DNA of 64,000 nt. Origin: Butyricicoccaceae bacterium (lineage in GTDB: Bacteria > Bacteroidota > Bacteroidia > Bacteroidales > UBA932). Positions 34,822 through 44,460 of this stretch are shown here, one piece after another. The position numbers and the translations under genes are program-made. The notes beneath the pieces were generated by a model. The model had not been told where the DNA came from. It made no database searches and saw only the letters and a program-made list of their open reading frames with translations. The stretch is from NCBI GenBank assembly GCA_963617065.1, contig CAVENC010000007.1:7813-71812 (forward strand), read 5' to 3'. Every line of letters begins with the position of its first letter. The first letter of the stretch is position 1.

Positions 34822-36006
34822 ATGAAAAGATTTGCTGCAAAATATATCTATACCAATGTGGATTCCGAACCTGTAAGGAACGGCTTTGTGGAAGTTTCTG
34901 ATGACGGCGAAGTCTTGTCTGTCGGAACAGTATCGGATATCTCCGCAGAGGAGAATTTCTATGACGGAGCTATTGTACCGGGTTTTGTCAATACGCATTG
35001 CCATCTCGAATTGTCGTATCTGAAGGGCAAATTCCGCAAGGGTACCGGTATGGCGGGTTTCATCGATCAGATAAATGCTATGCGCGATACTTCTTCAATG
35101 GAAGATAAGAAAGCGGACATCGCTTATTGGATGGATACGATGTGGCGCAGGGGAGTGTCAGCAATGGCCGATATCAGCAATTGCAGCGATACCTTCGAAT
35201 GTAAGTCGAAGTCTCCTATGTACACGAGGACATTTCTCGAGGTGTTCGGCACGGAGCCTGAGGATTGTCAGCAAGTTATGGATAATGTCCTTGATCTGCA
35301 GAAAGTTGCGCAGGAATTTGGCCTGGATGCAGCGCCTACTCCTCACGCTTGCTACACGATGAGCCCGGAGCTTGTGACGGCGGTTTCAAGAGAGGGGCTG
35401 AAGTCAGGTTATCTGTCATATCACAGTGAAGAAACTCAGGAGGAAGAGGATATGCTGATGTACGGGTCCGGTGCTATGTGGGATAACCGCAAGGCTGCCG
35501 GAATGAGCGTACCTCCTGTCACCGGGAAATCGTCGCTCCTGTATTTTATTGATAGACTGAAGGATGCACATCCTGCACCGTTCAAGGAACATATACTTCT
35601 TGTTCACGAATGTTGTATGACGGAGGAAGGGCTTAAGGCTGTGGGCGAGGTTATGGAGAATGCATACGTTGCGCTTTGTCCTTGCTCCAACATATTTATA
35701 CATAATGCGTTGCCTCCTGTGGAGATAATGAGAAACACGACCGTGAAGTTGACGGTCGGCACAGATTCGCTGTCGAGTAATGATGATTTGGACATCGTTC
35801 GCGAACTGTTCTGCCTGCAAGAGAATTTCCCGGACATACCGCTCGCGGAGATGATTGTTTGGTCATCACGTAACGGAGCGGATTTCCTTGGAAAAGAGGA
35901 ACTTGGAAGAATCAGTGAGGGAAAACGTCCTGGTATTGTACTCATTGATCATCTGACAGAGGACGGCAGGTTGACTACTGCAAGCAAGTCAACCAGATTG
36001 ATATAA
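34822..36006 (+). CDS. Metal-dependent amidohydrolase / deaminase family protein
   Basis: PGFVNTHCHLE, H.EE and GTDSLSSN motifs. Confidence 0.88.
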   Translation: MKRFAAKYIYTNVDSEPVRNGFVEVSDDGEVLSVGTVSDISAEENFYDGAIVPGFVNTHCHLELSYLKGKFRKGTGMAGFIDQINAMRDTSSMEDKKADIAYWMDTMWRRGVSAMADISNCSDTFECKSKSPMYTRTFLEVFGTEPEDCQQVMDNVLDLQKVAQEFGLDAAPTPHACYTMSPELVTAVSREGLKSGYLSYHSEETQEEEDMLMYGSGAMWDNRKAAGMSVPPVTGKSSLLYFIDRLKDAHPAPFKEHILLVHECCMTEEGLKAVGEVMENAYVALCPCSNIFIHNALPPVEIMRNTTVKLTVGTDSLSSNDDLDIVRELFCLQENFPDIPLAEMIVWSSRNGADFLGKEELGRISEGKRPGIVLIDHLTEDGRLTTASKSTRLI

Positions 36007-36016
36007 TAAGGTCATT

Positions 36017-36772
36017 ATGCTCAGGGAGAAACTGGTATTTGGGCCTATTTTCAGCAGGAGACTGGGATCTTCACTTGGAATCAATCTCTTGCCGGAGAAC
36101 GGTAAACTGTGTAATTTTGACTGTATATATTGCGAGTGCGGGTGGAATAGAGACGGCAGGGATGACAATCGCTTGCCTCTTCCGGAAGAACTCAGGAGTG
36201 CTTTGGAAGCGAAACTGAAGTCTTGTAAGGAAGACGGTACGAAGATAGATTCGATAACTTTCTCAGGAGATGGGGAGCCTACGATAAATCCTCATTTCGC
36301 CGAGATGATAGATATAACATTAGAACTTAGAGACCGGTATTTTCCGAAATCAGTCGTATCTGTATTGACCAATGCGACAAGAATATGCAGAGAGGATGTC
36401 AGGAATGCGCTGATGAAGGTTGACAATCCGATTTTGAAACTGGATGCGGCGACGGATGAGTATGCAAAAAGAATCAACAATCCGGCCTGTGATTATTCGG
36501 TCGAGGAGATTGTCGAGGATATGAAAGCATTTGAAGGTAACTTCATTATGCAGACTATGTTCTTGAGAACCAAGGATTTCAATTCGTCCGCTCCCGAGAA
36601 TCTGGGACCTTGGATGAATATCGTCAGAGAACTTCGTCCGCGTGAAATAATGGTATATACGATTGACCGTGAAACACCGGAAGCCGGGTTGGGGAAGTTT
36701 ACGGAGCAGGAAATGCGCGAAGCGGTGTTGCCGCTGATAAATGAAGGATTCAACGTACAGATAAAAGGATAA
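36017..36772 (+). CDS. Radical SAM protein
   Basis: CNFDCIYC cluster motif, SRRLG.SLG and FSGDGEPT. Confidence 0.9.
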   Translation: MLREKLVFGPIFSRRLGSSLGINLLPENGKLCNFDCIYCECGWNRDGRDDNRLPLPEELRSALEAKLKSCKEDGTKIDSITFSGDGEPTINPHFAEMIDITLELRDRYFPKSVVSVLTNATRICREDVRNALMKVDNPILKLDAATDEYAKRINNPACDYSVEEIVEDMKAFEGNFIMQTMFLRTKDFNSSAPENLGPWMNIVRELRPREIMVYTIDRETPEAGLGKFTEQEMREAVLPLINEGFNVQIKG

Positions 36773-36786
36773 AAATTATAGACACT

Positions 36787-37680
36787 ATGAAAGATTTATA
36801 TTTGAATTATGGCTACAATCTGGATAAAGAAGCTATCGCGAGGAGCCTGGAGCTCATAGCTTCAAATCTGGACAATATGGCTTCGGAGCAGGTTATCAAG
36901 AAGTGCTTCTCCCTTATGGATTTGACTTCTTTGCATAACACCGACAGCGTGGATTCCATATCCAAGCTTATGGAAAAGGTTAACACCTACAGAGATGTTT
37001 ATCCTGATTACCCGCTGCCTGCTTCGGTATGCGTATATCCGAATCTTGCCAAGGTAGTGAAAGAGTGTCGTAAAGATGAGGCGCTTCACGTGACGGCTGT
37101 GGCGGGATGCTTCCCTACATCCCAGAGTTTCATTGAGGTGAAGACCAAGGAATGTGAGATGGCGGTTGAGGCCGGTGCGGATGAAATTGATATAGTCCTG
37201 GCTCTCAATTCGTTTATGGCCGGGGATTATGAGACGGCTGCAGATGAGATCAGAGCTTGCAGAAAAGCTGTTGATGAAGCTGGCGCAAGGGTTGGACGCA
37301 AGATTGTGCTCAAAGTCATTATCGAGAGCGGTGTGTTGGCGATGCCTGAACTGATAGCTGATGCTTCGTTCCTCGCTATGGAGTGCGGTGCTGACTTCAT
37401 CAAAACGTCAACAGGTAAGGTGGATGTGAATGCAACTCCTACTGCCGCATATATAATGTGCGAGTGTATCAAGAAATACTACGAGAAGACTGGCCGCAAG
37501 GTTGGATTCAAAGCTGCCGGCGGCGTATCTACAGTTATGGACGCAGTGTGCTATTATTCAATAGTTTCCGCAGTTCTTGGCAATGAGTGGCTTGATTCCA
37601 GCCTGTTCCGCTTCGGCGTAAGCCGTCTGGCAAACAGCCTGATGTCTGCGGTCGAGCAGAAGACTGTTGTGTTCTTCTAG
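36787..37680 (+). CDS. deoC: Deoxyribose-phosphate aldolase
   Basis: GADEIDIV, LKVIIE, FIKTSTGK and GFKAAGG motifs. Confidence 0.93.
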   Translation: MKDLYLNYGYNLDKEAIARSLELIASNLDNMASEQVIKKCFSLMDLTSLHNTDSVDSISKLMEKVNTYRDVYPDYPLPASVCVYPNLAKVVKECRKDEALHVTAVAGCFPTSQSFIEVKTKECEMAVEAGADEIDIVLALNSFMAGDYETAADEIRACRKAVDEAGARVGRKIVLKVIIESGVLAMPELIADASFLAMECGADFIKTSTGKVDVNATPTAAYIMCECIKKYYEKTGRKVGFKAAGGVSTVMDAVCYYSIVSAVLGNEWLDSSLFRFGVSRLANSLMSAVEQKTVVFF

Positions 37681-37759
37681 GCGCGAAGAGCGCAGCTTCC
37701 TTCGCGCAAAGCGCAGGGAAAATTCGCCCCGGGCATCAGCCTCTTTCGCTGTGGTATGG

Positions 37760-37848
37760 AATTCGGTGCACAAAAAGGTTATTTTTGTACGCCGAATTAA
37801 CTATAAATATCAAACGGTGTACAAAAACGGCTGTTTTGTACACCGAAT
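37760..37848. repeat. Two tandem REP-like palindromes
   Basis: aattcggtgcacaaaaa..tttttgtacgccgaatt and cggtgtacaaaa..ttttgtacaccg. Confidence 0.7.
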
Positions 37849-37866
37849 CTTGGCGCGATGCACGTA

Positions 37867-37949
37867 GCGACCTAAGGGGTCTCGGGGAATCCTTTCCCCG
37901 GTAAAACTTCTACCGCACCGGAGGTGCGAAATTGTCCCTCGGGACAGCA
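37867..37949 (-). repeat. Dispersed hairpin-rich repeat, copy A
   Basis: Reverse complement matches 63580-63662 at 78/83 positions (hand alignment). Confidence 0.9.
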
Positions 37950-37992
37950 GGCGCTAGCACCATCCTGTTGCTTTAGCGACTGAGGGTAAAAC

Positions 37993-38034
37993 AAAACGGC
38001 AATTCCTTTGGTGAGCAAAGGAATTGCTGTTTTT
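37993..38034. terminator. Bidirectional intrinsic terminator
   Basis: aaaacggcaattcctttg/caaaggaattgctgtttt stem between the convergent deoC and phosphatase genes. Confidence 0.8.
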
Positions 38035-38068
38035 ATGTATCGCCGATTTTAGTCGGCAGCTCGTAATT

Positions 38069-39349
38069 CTACTTCGTCTTGTTTACAAGATATTCGCGGA
38101 GTTCAGACCACTTGTAGTATGGCCCGGAGAATGGCTTGAGCGCAGGAATAAGAGTTTCTTCCTCATTACGTAGCATCTTCACTAGGACGTCATTGTTTTT
38201 CTTGCTGCGGTAGAAAATCATCTGGAAATTCGAGCCCATAGGAATCTTGTCGTAAGTTGTCCAACCATGTGAATTGGCCTCATCCATAGGGTAGCGCACA
38301 TCCATACCTTCAACTCCGATAAGACCAAGGAAAGGCAGCAACCCGGTATCGTGACCGAATCTCAGATCCGCGCTCCTTTCGCTGTCATCTGACAATGCCG
38401 CGTCAGCTTTGCTTATAAAATCCTTTAGCAGTCCTTTGGCGGCCTCGCAACTGACATCACCTCCTTCCTGGGAGTTTCCGAATTCTCCATAGAACTTGTT
38501 GCTGCGGACAATACATTGCTCGGCAAGTTCTTCAGGCGCGATATATTTGAACAGATCAATTCCAAGATAATCAAGGTCTCCGCATATTGAGCCGGTGAGA
38601 AATACAGATCTCAGCAGGCTCTGTCCATCTATAAGTTTCTCAGCCTGTTCCTTGTCAGTGAAAATAGTCTCGAAGAATTTATCGTAATGACAAATTTCCT
38701 TTCTCTTGGCATTTTCATATTCGCCTGTTTGTTTGAACAAATCCTTGCTGTCCAGGTTCTTGGCTATGTATTCGTAGTACTTCTGTCCTGTTAAGAATGA
38801 GAACTCGAGCTCCGGATTTTCGTCTTTAAGTTCGGTTGTGAAATTTGCCATACTTATAAGGCATCTCGGAACAATGCTTGAAACACAGTCAACTTCGAGG
38901 CGGTCGTCGTTCTTGAATACTTCTGGGAATCTCTCATACATTCTTTCTGCAATTCCTCTATGTTCGCGTGCACCCAGAGGAGAAAGCTGTCCTTCCATTC
39001 CGGTGTGTTCTTTCACCACGATCATAAATTCCCTATAAAGATTTTCTCCCTGTTCGGACAAAATGCCGGCCTCTTTTGCAAGTTTAAGATATTTCTCTCC
39101 GCTCTTGAAGAATCTGTCGGATGTGTGGTATCTAGAACCGTGACGCCCATAGTGGGAAATGTAGAATGGCTTATATCCCTTTGGCTCCGGCGTGTCAGTA
39201 AGGTCTCCATAGTGGTATGGGTGGTAAACTCCGGCGGCTATGTCTTTGCTTTCCGCTACTCTTTCCGTGAGATTCTGCGCTGCCAGATTTCCTCCAAATA
39301 TGGCCAGCAACGCCAATGAGGTCAGTACTTTGTTTAGTGTTTTCATCAT
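38069..39349 (-). CDS. Histidine acid phosphatase family protein (secreted)
   Basis: HYGRHGSR and RFGHD motifs. Signal peptide after ATG 39349, with TACCTTTG upstream. Confidence 0.88.
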   Translation of the reverse strand: MMKTLNKVLTSLALLAIFGGNLAAQNLTERVAESKDIAAGVYHPYHYGDLTDTPEPKGYKPFYISHYGRHGSRYHTSDRFFKSGEKYLKLAKEAGILSEQGENLYREFMIVVKEHTGMEGQLSPLGAREHRGIAERMYERFPEVFKNDDRLEVDCVSSIVPRCLISMANFTTELKDENPELEFSFLTGQKYYEYIAKNLDSKDLFKQTGEYENAKRKEICHYDKFFETIFTDKEQAEKLIDGQSLLRSVFLTGSICGDLDYLGIDLFKYIAPEELAEQCIVRSNKFYGEFGNSQEGGDVSCEAAKGLLKDFISKADAALSDDSERSADLRFGHDTGLLPFLGLIGVEGMDVRYPMDEANSHGWTTYDKIPMGSNFQMIFYRSKKNNDVLVKMLRNEEETLIPALKPFSGPYYKWSELREYLVNKTK

Positions 39350-39493
39350 CTTTTCTGTAAAAATTACTGAAACAAAGGTACGGAATCGCTGATGCAATAT
39401 CAACAGAGGCCGAAAAATATAATAAAACGTGTTCATTTTCTGAAAACGGAAAGCAGTCGATAAATTTGCCGCTGTAACCAAAAAACTTGAAGT

Positions 39494-41113
39494 ATGAAGA
39501 AATTATTTGCCTTTCTGACCACCTTTGCAGTATTGGCTGTCGGGTGCTCTAAAAATGGATTTGACGGTCCCGAGGGGGAGGATGAATCCGAAACTTCTAC
39601 GGTAGCCCACGAAATGATTGTGCTTGGAAAGAAACTGGATGACCCATATTCTGTGTCCAACATAACCAAGGCTATATCAAGCCTTTATCCGACTAAAGCC
39701 GGTCGAGTGGACGTGACCCCGACTGACATTTATGTGAGATTCCTGCCTAAAACCGAAGATGAGTATCAGGAACTTGTTGGGCGAGGGTATGAGCTGATGG
39801 ATCATCCTCTTGATTATCAGATAGTAAAGGATGGCGATTATTATCACGATCCGGAGGTGTCTGAAGAAGAAATCACGTGGCAGTATGCAGTGCTTCCACA
39901 CGATACGGAACTGCCTGGAAATATTACATATGAAATTTTGGATGACTGTTATATCCCTGACCCTAGTGCGGATACTAAATCGGAAGACGGCATAGACTGG
40001 GCCGAAGTGGAGCGTGAAGCGTTCCGCATAACAGGTAACAGCGAATTGCTTGCGGAAGATTCGGGGACTTCCATGACCAAAGGGGAGTCCGGTTCTCCGG
40101 CAGGCCGAATTACCATCATCGACGACAAATACAATGGCGGTCAGCCATTCGGTGTTGCAGGAGTGAAAGTGATATGCAATGTGTTCGTGAAATTCGGTTC
40201 GGCTTATACGGACAGGGACGGATATTATTCAATATCCAAGAAATTTACATCAAAGCCGAGATACAGATTGCGTTTCAAGAATAAGGAGGGCTTCTCTATC
40301 GGTCTCAACTTGGTGCTCATATCTGCGTCAACATCAGCATTGGGCAAGGGCCCGGCAAATGGAATGGATGTGACAATCACGCAGGACTCTGACAGGAAAT
40401 TGTGGTGCAGAAGTGTCGTGAACAATGCGGCGTACGACTATATCAAGAGGTGCGGGTCGGACGATATGGATATCAAGCGTCCTTCAAAGACATTGAGAAT
40501 ATGGATATTGCAGAAACAGACTGCCAGCAGTGCGGTTATGATGAGGCAAGGCGCTTTCATAGACGGGACGCTTATCCGCAGTTTTCTGGGCGAATATGCT
40601 GCGTTGATAAAACTGTTCCTTCCGGATATAACGTTAGGCGTTGAGGGTAAGAGCGAATATTCGACTCTTTATGCTGAAACTTGCCATGAACTGTCTCACG
40701 CAAGCCATTTTGCACAAGTCGGGAAAACCTATTGGGATAAGTATATAGAACATATCATCTCGTCGTATCTTTCCTCCGGAGGTGAAACGTATGGTGACGG
40801 CAAGGAATCAAATGCCGGTTATTGTGAGGTAGGCGAAATGTGGGGCTACTTTATGCAGAACTCGATGTATCACGACAGATATGGTGGCACTATGCCTTCC
40901 GCAGGTATGACCAACTGGTTCCATCCGCAGATATTCAGGTATCTGGAAGAACGGGGTGTCACCAAGTCGCAACTTTTCGCGGCGTTGCAGTCAGACGTGA
41001 CTTCCAAAGAGCTGCTGAAGAAGAAACTCCTGGAACTTTATCCTGATAAAGCAGTCATAATCAGGCAAGTCTTTACGAGGTATTCGGACAGCAGTACCAA
41101 AAGCGAGGAGTAA
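39494..41113 (+). CDS. Lipoprotein with HEXXH motif (putative zinc metalloprotease)
   Basis: Lipobox AVGC, HELSH and a downstream E (EMWG). TAAATTTG upstream at 39461. Confidence 0.6.
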   Translation: MKKLFAFLTTFAVLAVGCSKNGFDGPEGEDESETSTVAHEMIVLGKKLDDPYSVSNITKAISSLYPTKAGRVDVTPTDIYVRFLPKTEDEYQELVGRGYELMDHPLDYQIVKDGDYYHDPEVSEEEITWQYAVLPHDTELPGNITYEILDDCYIPDPSADTKSEDGIDWAEVEREAFRITGNSELLAEDSGTSMTKGESGSPAGRITIIDDKYNGGQPFGVAGVKVICNVFVKFGSAYTDRDGYYSISKKFTSKPRYRLRFKNKEGFSIGLNLVLISASTSALGKGPANGMDVTITQDSDRKLWCRSVVNNAAYDYIKRCGSDDMDIKRPSKTLRIWILQKQTASSAVMMRQGAFIDGTLIRSFLGEYAALIKLFLPDITLGVEGKSEYSTLYAETCHELSHASHFAQVGKTYWDKYIEHIISSYLSSGGETYGDGKESNAGYCEVGEMWGYFMQNSMYHDRYGGTMPSAGMTNWFHPQIFRYLEERGVTKSQLFAALQSDVTSKELLKKKLLELYPDKAVIIRQVFTRYSDSSTKSEE

Positions 41114-41116
41114 CTT

Positions 41117-41683
41117 ATGCGTATGCTTTACAGAATTGCCGTTGCAGTGATCCTGTCTTTACTGGCTGCTGTTCCGGCATCGGCGCAGAAGGCCTCGGTG
41201 TCCACAGATTTGATAGGCTATGTTAATTTCGTGGCAATGAATCTTGAGGTGTCTGTACCTGTGGCAAGACACTGGACACTCAATGCGGCGGCGCGCTACA
41301 GCCCTTTTGAATTTAACCTCGGAGAGGGGCGAGAGAATGTGCGAAATAAACAGCAGACCTATTCGGCCGGGGCTCGATGGTGGCCGTGGAACGTGTATTC
41401 AGGATGGTGGTTGTCCGGTAAAATGCAGTATCAGGAATACAATTCCGGAGGATTCATCTCGGATGTCACTTATGAAGGAGACAGATTGGGCGCAGGCGTG
41501 TCTGGAGGCTATTCGTATATGATTGGGAAGCATTTCAATGTCGATTTCGGATTGGGATTATGGGGAGGCTGGGACAAATTCGCCAAATACTCCTGCCCTG
41601 TCTGCGGATTGACGGACGATTCCGGCTCTAAATTCTTTGTTTTGCCGACAGATGTGATAATCGCGTTGAGCTATGTCTTTTGA
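41117..41683 (+). CDS. DUF3575 family outer-membrane beta-barrel protein
   Basis: Signal peptide, N..E..VARHWTL pattern, alternating beta-strands, C-terminal F. Confidence 0.8.
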   Translation: MRMLYRIAVAVILSLLAAVPASAQKASVSTDLIGYVNFVAMNLEVSVPVARHWTLNAAARYSPFEFNLGEGRENVRNKQQTYSAGARWWPWNVYSGWWLSGKMQYQEYNSGGFISDVTYEGDRLGAGVSGGYSYMIGKHFNVDFGLGLWGGWDKFAKYSCPVCGLTDDSGSKFFVLPTDVIIALSYVF

Positions 41684-42548
41684 ATATCTTGTAAATAGCG
41701 GGTGCCGAGTTGTCCCTGTTCTTCTGGCTGTCCTCCAGCTTTTAATCACCTGCCCGAGCTGCTCGGTCAAGGAGAACAGGGATGCGTGCCCGTGCAGACT
41801 GGAACTGGAATTTTCCGGAGAGGATGCTATGAGATGCAGAGAAGGCATAATCTTGACTCTTCTGGGTGTTTCAGGCGCGGCGGAAGGCTATGCGCTCCGG
41901 GATACTGTGGTGGATGAGACAGCGGAAGACAAGGTCGTTTGGGTGTCAGACGTGCCAAAAGGGAAGATGATAGTAGCCTCTGTGTGGCCTGATGATCTAC
42001 GGCTAGAGTCGGATATTCATATCGGACGGATGGTGAGTATTACTGCCGGGAAGGATTGCCCGATGTTGTGGACTTGCTGTAAGGAAATTTCTTTGGAGAA
42101 AGAGTCTGTCAGGCAAAGTATGACTCTATCCAAGAACTATTGTCACCTTATCTTGCGTGTTGAGGATACGTCGGGAGAACCGTTCCCGTTCCGTATGGAA
42201 GTCCGTGGAAATGTCTGCGGATATAACCTTGATGGCACATTGCAAAGCGGAAAGTTCGTTGCCGAGGTTAAAAATGTGGGGGATGCTGACGAGCAGTCCG
42301 ATTCTGGAACTGTGGAGGGATACATAAATCTGCCGAGGCAGAAAGACAATTCTCTTTGCCTGGACATAATTTCGGAGGATGAGAAGGTGCGGACTTTTGC
42401 CTTGGGCAATTATATAGAGGATAGCGGCTACGACTGGTCGTCTGAGAATCTGAAAGACATTACGATGACCATTGATTATGCCCGGACTTCTATAGGCTTT
42501 CATATCGGCACCTGGGAAAAACACGAGCACTTTGAAGTGGTGATATGA
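41673..42548 (+). CDS. FimB/Mfa2-like fimbrial lipoprotein
   Basis: Lipobox followed by CSVKENRDACP, Trp near the C-terminal strand, directly downstream of DUF3575. Confidence 0.55.
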   Translation: MSFEYLVNSGCRVVPVLLAVLQLLITCPSCSVKENRDACPCRLELEFSGEDAMRCREGIILTLLGVSGAAEGYALRDTVVDETAEDKVVWVSDVPKGKMIVASVWPDDLRLESDIHIGRMVSITAGKDCPMLWTCCKEISLEKESVRQSMTLSKNYCHLILRVEDTSGEPFPFRMEVRGNVCGYNLDGTLQSGKFVAEVKNVGDADEQSDSGTVEGYINLPRQKDNSLCLDIISEDEKVRTFALGNYIEDSGYDWSSENLKDITMTIDYARTSIGFHIGTWEKHEHFEVVI

Positions 42549-42625
42549 TTTTCGGCCTCTATGAATTTCTGCCAATAATCTTGGTAATTAAAATAACAAT
42601 TCGTAAATTTGCAATCCTTAAAGTT

Positions 42626-42708
42626 GCGCGGGTGGCGAAATGGTAGACGCGCTAGTTTCAGGAGCTAGTGTCAATTGCGACGTGTGAGTTCGACTCTCAT
42701 CTCGCGCA
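42626..42708 (+). tRNA. tRNA-Leu(CAG)
   Basis: gcgcggg/ctcgcgc acceptor stem, ctagt-ttCAGga-gctag anticodon arm, long variable arm, gttcgac T-loop. CCA not encoded. Confidence 0.95.
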
Positions 42709-42717
42709 CAATCAAAT

Positions 42718-42752
42718 GGGATGAGTGAATTTTTTCTCTCATCCTTTTTTTT
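42718..42752 (+). terminator. Intrinsic terminator after tRNA-Leu
   Basis: ggatgag/ctcatcc stem followed by a T-tract. Confidence 0.7.
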
Positions 42753-42780
42753 GTTTTAGGTCTTTGTTTATGCTAGGAAT

Positions 42781-43707
42781 ATGAAAATCACATATCTTGA
42801 TGCTGCGACAATGGGGGATTCTTCATTGGCGGAAATAGAAAAGTTGGGAGAATTGGTATGTTGGCCAAATTCGACGGCTGAAGAGGCGTTGGAGCGAGTC
42901 GGGGATTCCGACGTGCTGATAGTGAACAAGGTTCGCGTGACTGAGGCTCTGTTGGATGTCTCTCCTAACCTTAAACTTGTTTGCGAGGCAGCGACAGGCG
43001 TCAACAATATAGATCTGGCAGCTTGCGAAAAACGCGGGATAATTGTGCGGAATGTGGCGGGCTATTCGACCGAATCAGTTGTACAAGAAACATTTATGCA
43101 CATTCTTTCGCTGATGGGTAACGGTCCGTATTATGACGACTTTGTCAAATCAGGGAAGTATTCCGGATGCGGTCTCTTTACGGATCTCAGCAGACCGTTT
43201 ATCGAAATGAACGGCAAACGTATTGGAATTATAGGAATGGGCACGATAGGAAGCAGGGTTGCTGAGGTGGCATCTGCATTCGGTATGGAGGTGGCGTATT
43301 ATTCTACGTCCGGGACTAACCATTGCGACAAATATCCGAGTCTGCCTTTAGATGAACTGATGCGTATATCTGATGTCATTTCAATCCACGCGCCATATAA
43401 TTCAAAAACAGCCGGTCTTATCGGCGAAGAACAACTTCGTTTGATGAAATCGACCGCTATAATTGTGAATATGGGCCGTGGTGGTATAATTGACGAACAT
43501 TCATTGGCAAAAGTTATCGATGAAGACCTTATCGGTGGCGCAGCTCTCGATGTGTTCGAAAATGAACCTCTCCCTGTGGATAATCCGTTGCTTCGCACTA
43601 AGCATCCAGAAAAACTGAGATTCACGCCTCACACGGCCTGGGCAAGCATCGAGGCCAGAGCTCGCCTGATCTCCAGACTGGCCGAAAACATCGCCGAAGG
43701 CTGGTAG
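42781..43707 (+). CDS. D-2-hydroxyacid dehydrogenase (glycerate dehydrogenase-like)
   Basis: GIIGMGTIG, NMGRGG, ALDVF..EP and TPHTAWAS motifs. Confidence 0.92.
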   Translation: MKITYLDAATMGDSSLAEIEKLGELVCWPNSTAEEALERVGDSDVLIVNKVRVTEALLDVSPNLKLVCEAATGVNNIDLAACEKRGIIVRNVAGYSTESVVQETFMHILSLMGNGPYYDDFVKSGKYSGCGLFTDLSRPFIEMNGKRIGIIGMGTIGSRVAEVASAFGMEVAYYSTSGTNHCDKYPSLPLDELMRISDVISIHAPYNSKTAGLIGEEQLRLMKSTAIIVNMGRGGIIDEHSLAKVIDEDLIGGAALDVFENEPLPVDNPLLRTKHPEKLRFTPHTAWASIEARARLISRLAENIAEGW

Positions 43708-43835
43708 GAATTGGCGGCTTGCTTGTTGAGTCGGCTATTAGACAAACTGCTCGAAGGAGTAAGAGCGGTACATAAGACCAAAGTGTCAACCATTCTCAGT
43801 GCAGGTTACTTCGAGATTCTCGACTGCGGATTCTC

Positions 43836-43879
43836 GTACAAATCTACTGCAATTATAAATATTTGTGGTAACTTTGTAC
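43836..43879. promoter_or_regulatory. Imperfect inverted repeat overlapping the -7 element of the abiE promoter
   Basis: gtacaaatctactgcaa/ttgtggtaactttgtac (13/17), containing TAACTTTG. Confidence 0.55.
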
Positions 43880-43887
43880 GGATTTAA

Positions 43888-44460
43888 ATGTTGGATATGA
43901 ATAATTGCGGACAATTCATCTCTTCCTCCTCCGTGAAAAAACAGGGGCGAACAGAGTACTATAAGATGCTGAAAAAGGCAAGGCAAGGTGAACTGATAAA
44001 AGTTTGTCGAGGGGTATATGCTACATCAGAGCAGCTTAGTGGCAATATGATAGACATTAACACCATAGTTCCGGGCGGTATTCTCTGCCTTTGGTCGGCT
44101 TGGGCTATCCACAGGCTCACCACGTCAATGCCGCAGTCATTCCACGTTGCCGTAAAGAGGGACAGAAAAGTGACAGTGCCTATATTTCCACAGATAGATG
44201 TCCACTATTATACCGAGAAAATCCTTAACGTCGGTGTATCTGATATGTTCATCGACGGTCTGAATGTAAAAGTGTATGATGTTGAGAGGTGTGTATGTGA
44301 TGCTGTCAAGTTCAGAAATAAGCTAGGTGTGGACGTGTGTGCTGAAATTATCGATAACTATCTTGAACGTCCGGAGCGGAACATATCGCGTCTGATGGAC
44401 TATGCAAAGATTCTCAGAGTGTCAGCAATCCTTGGCAAATATCTGGAGGTGAAACTATGA
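43888..44460 (+). CDS. AbiEi family antitoxin (type IV TA)
   Basis: wHTH with L.KV.RGVY, then GILCLWSA..H.LTT..P and YDVERCVCD motifs. Confidence 0.88.
   Translation: MLDMNNCGQFISSSSVKKQGRTEYYKMLKKARQGELIKVCRGVYATSEQLSGNMIDINTIVPGGILCLWSAWAIHRLTTSMPQSFHVAVKRDRKVTVPIFPQIDVHYYTEKILNVGVSDMFIDGLNVKVYDVERCVCDAVKFRNKLGVDVCAEIIDNYLERPERNISRLMDYAKILRVSAILGKYLEVKL

Noticed and set aside
43790..43808. Possible far-end att copy of the guaA repeat (ccattctcagtgcaggt)
   Set aside because: Only short gapped similarity, compatible with chance.
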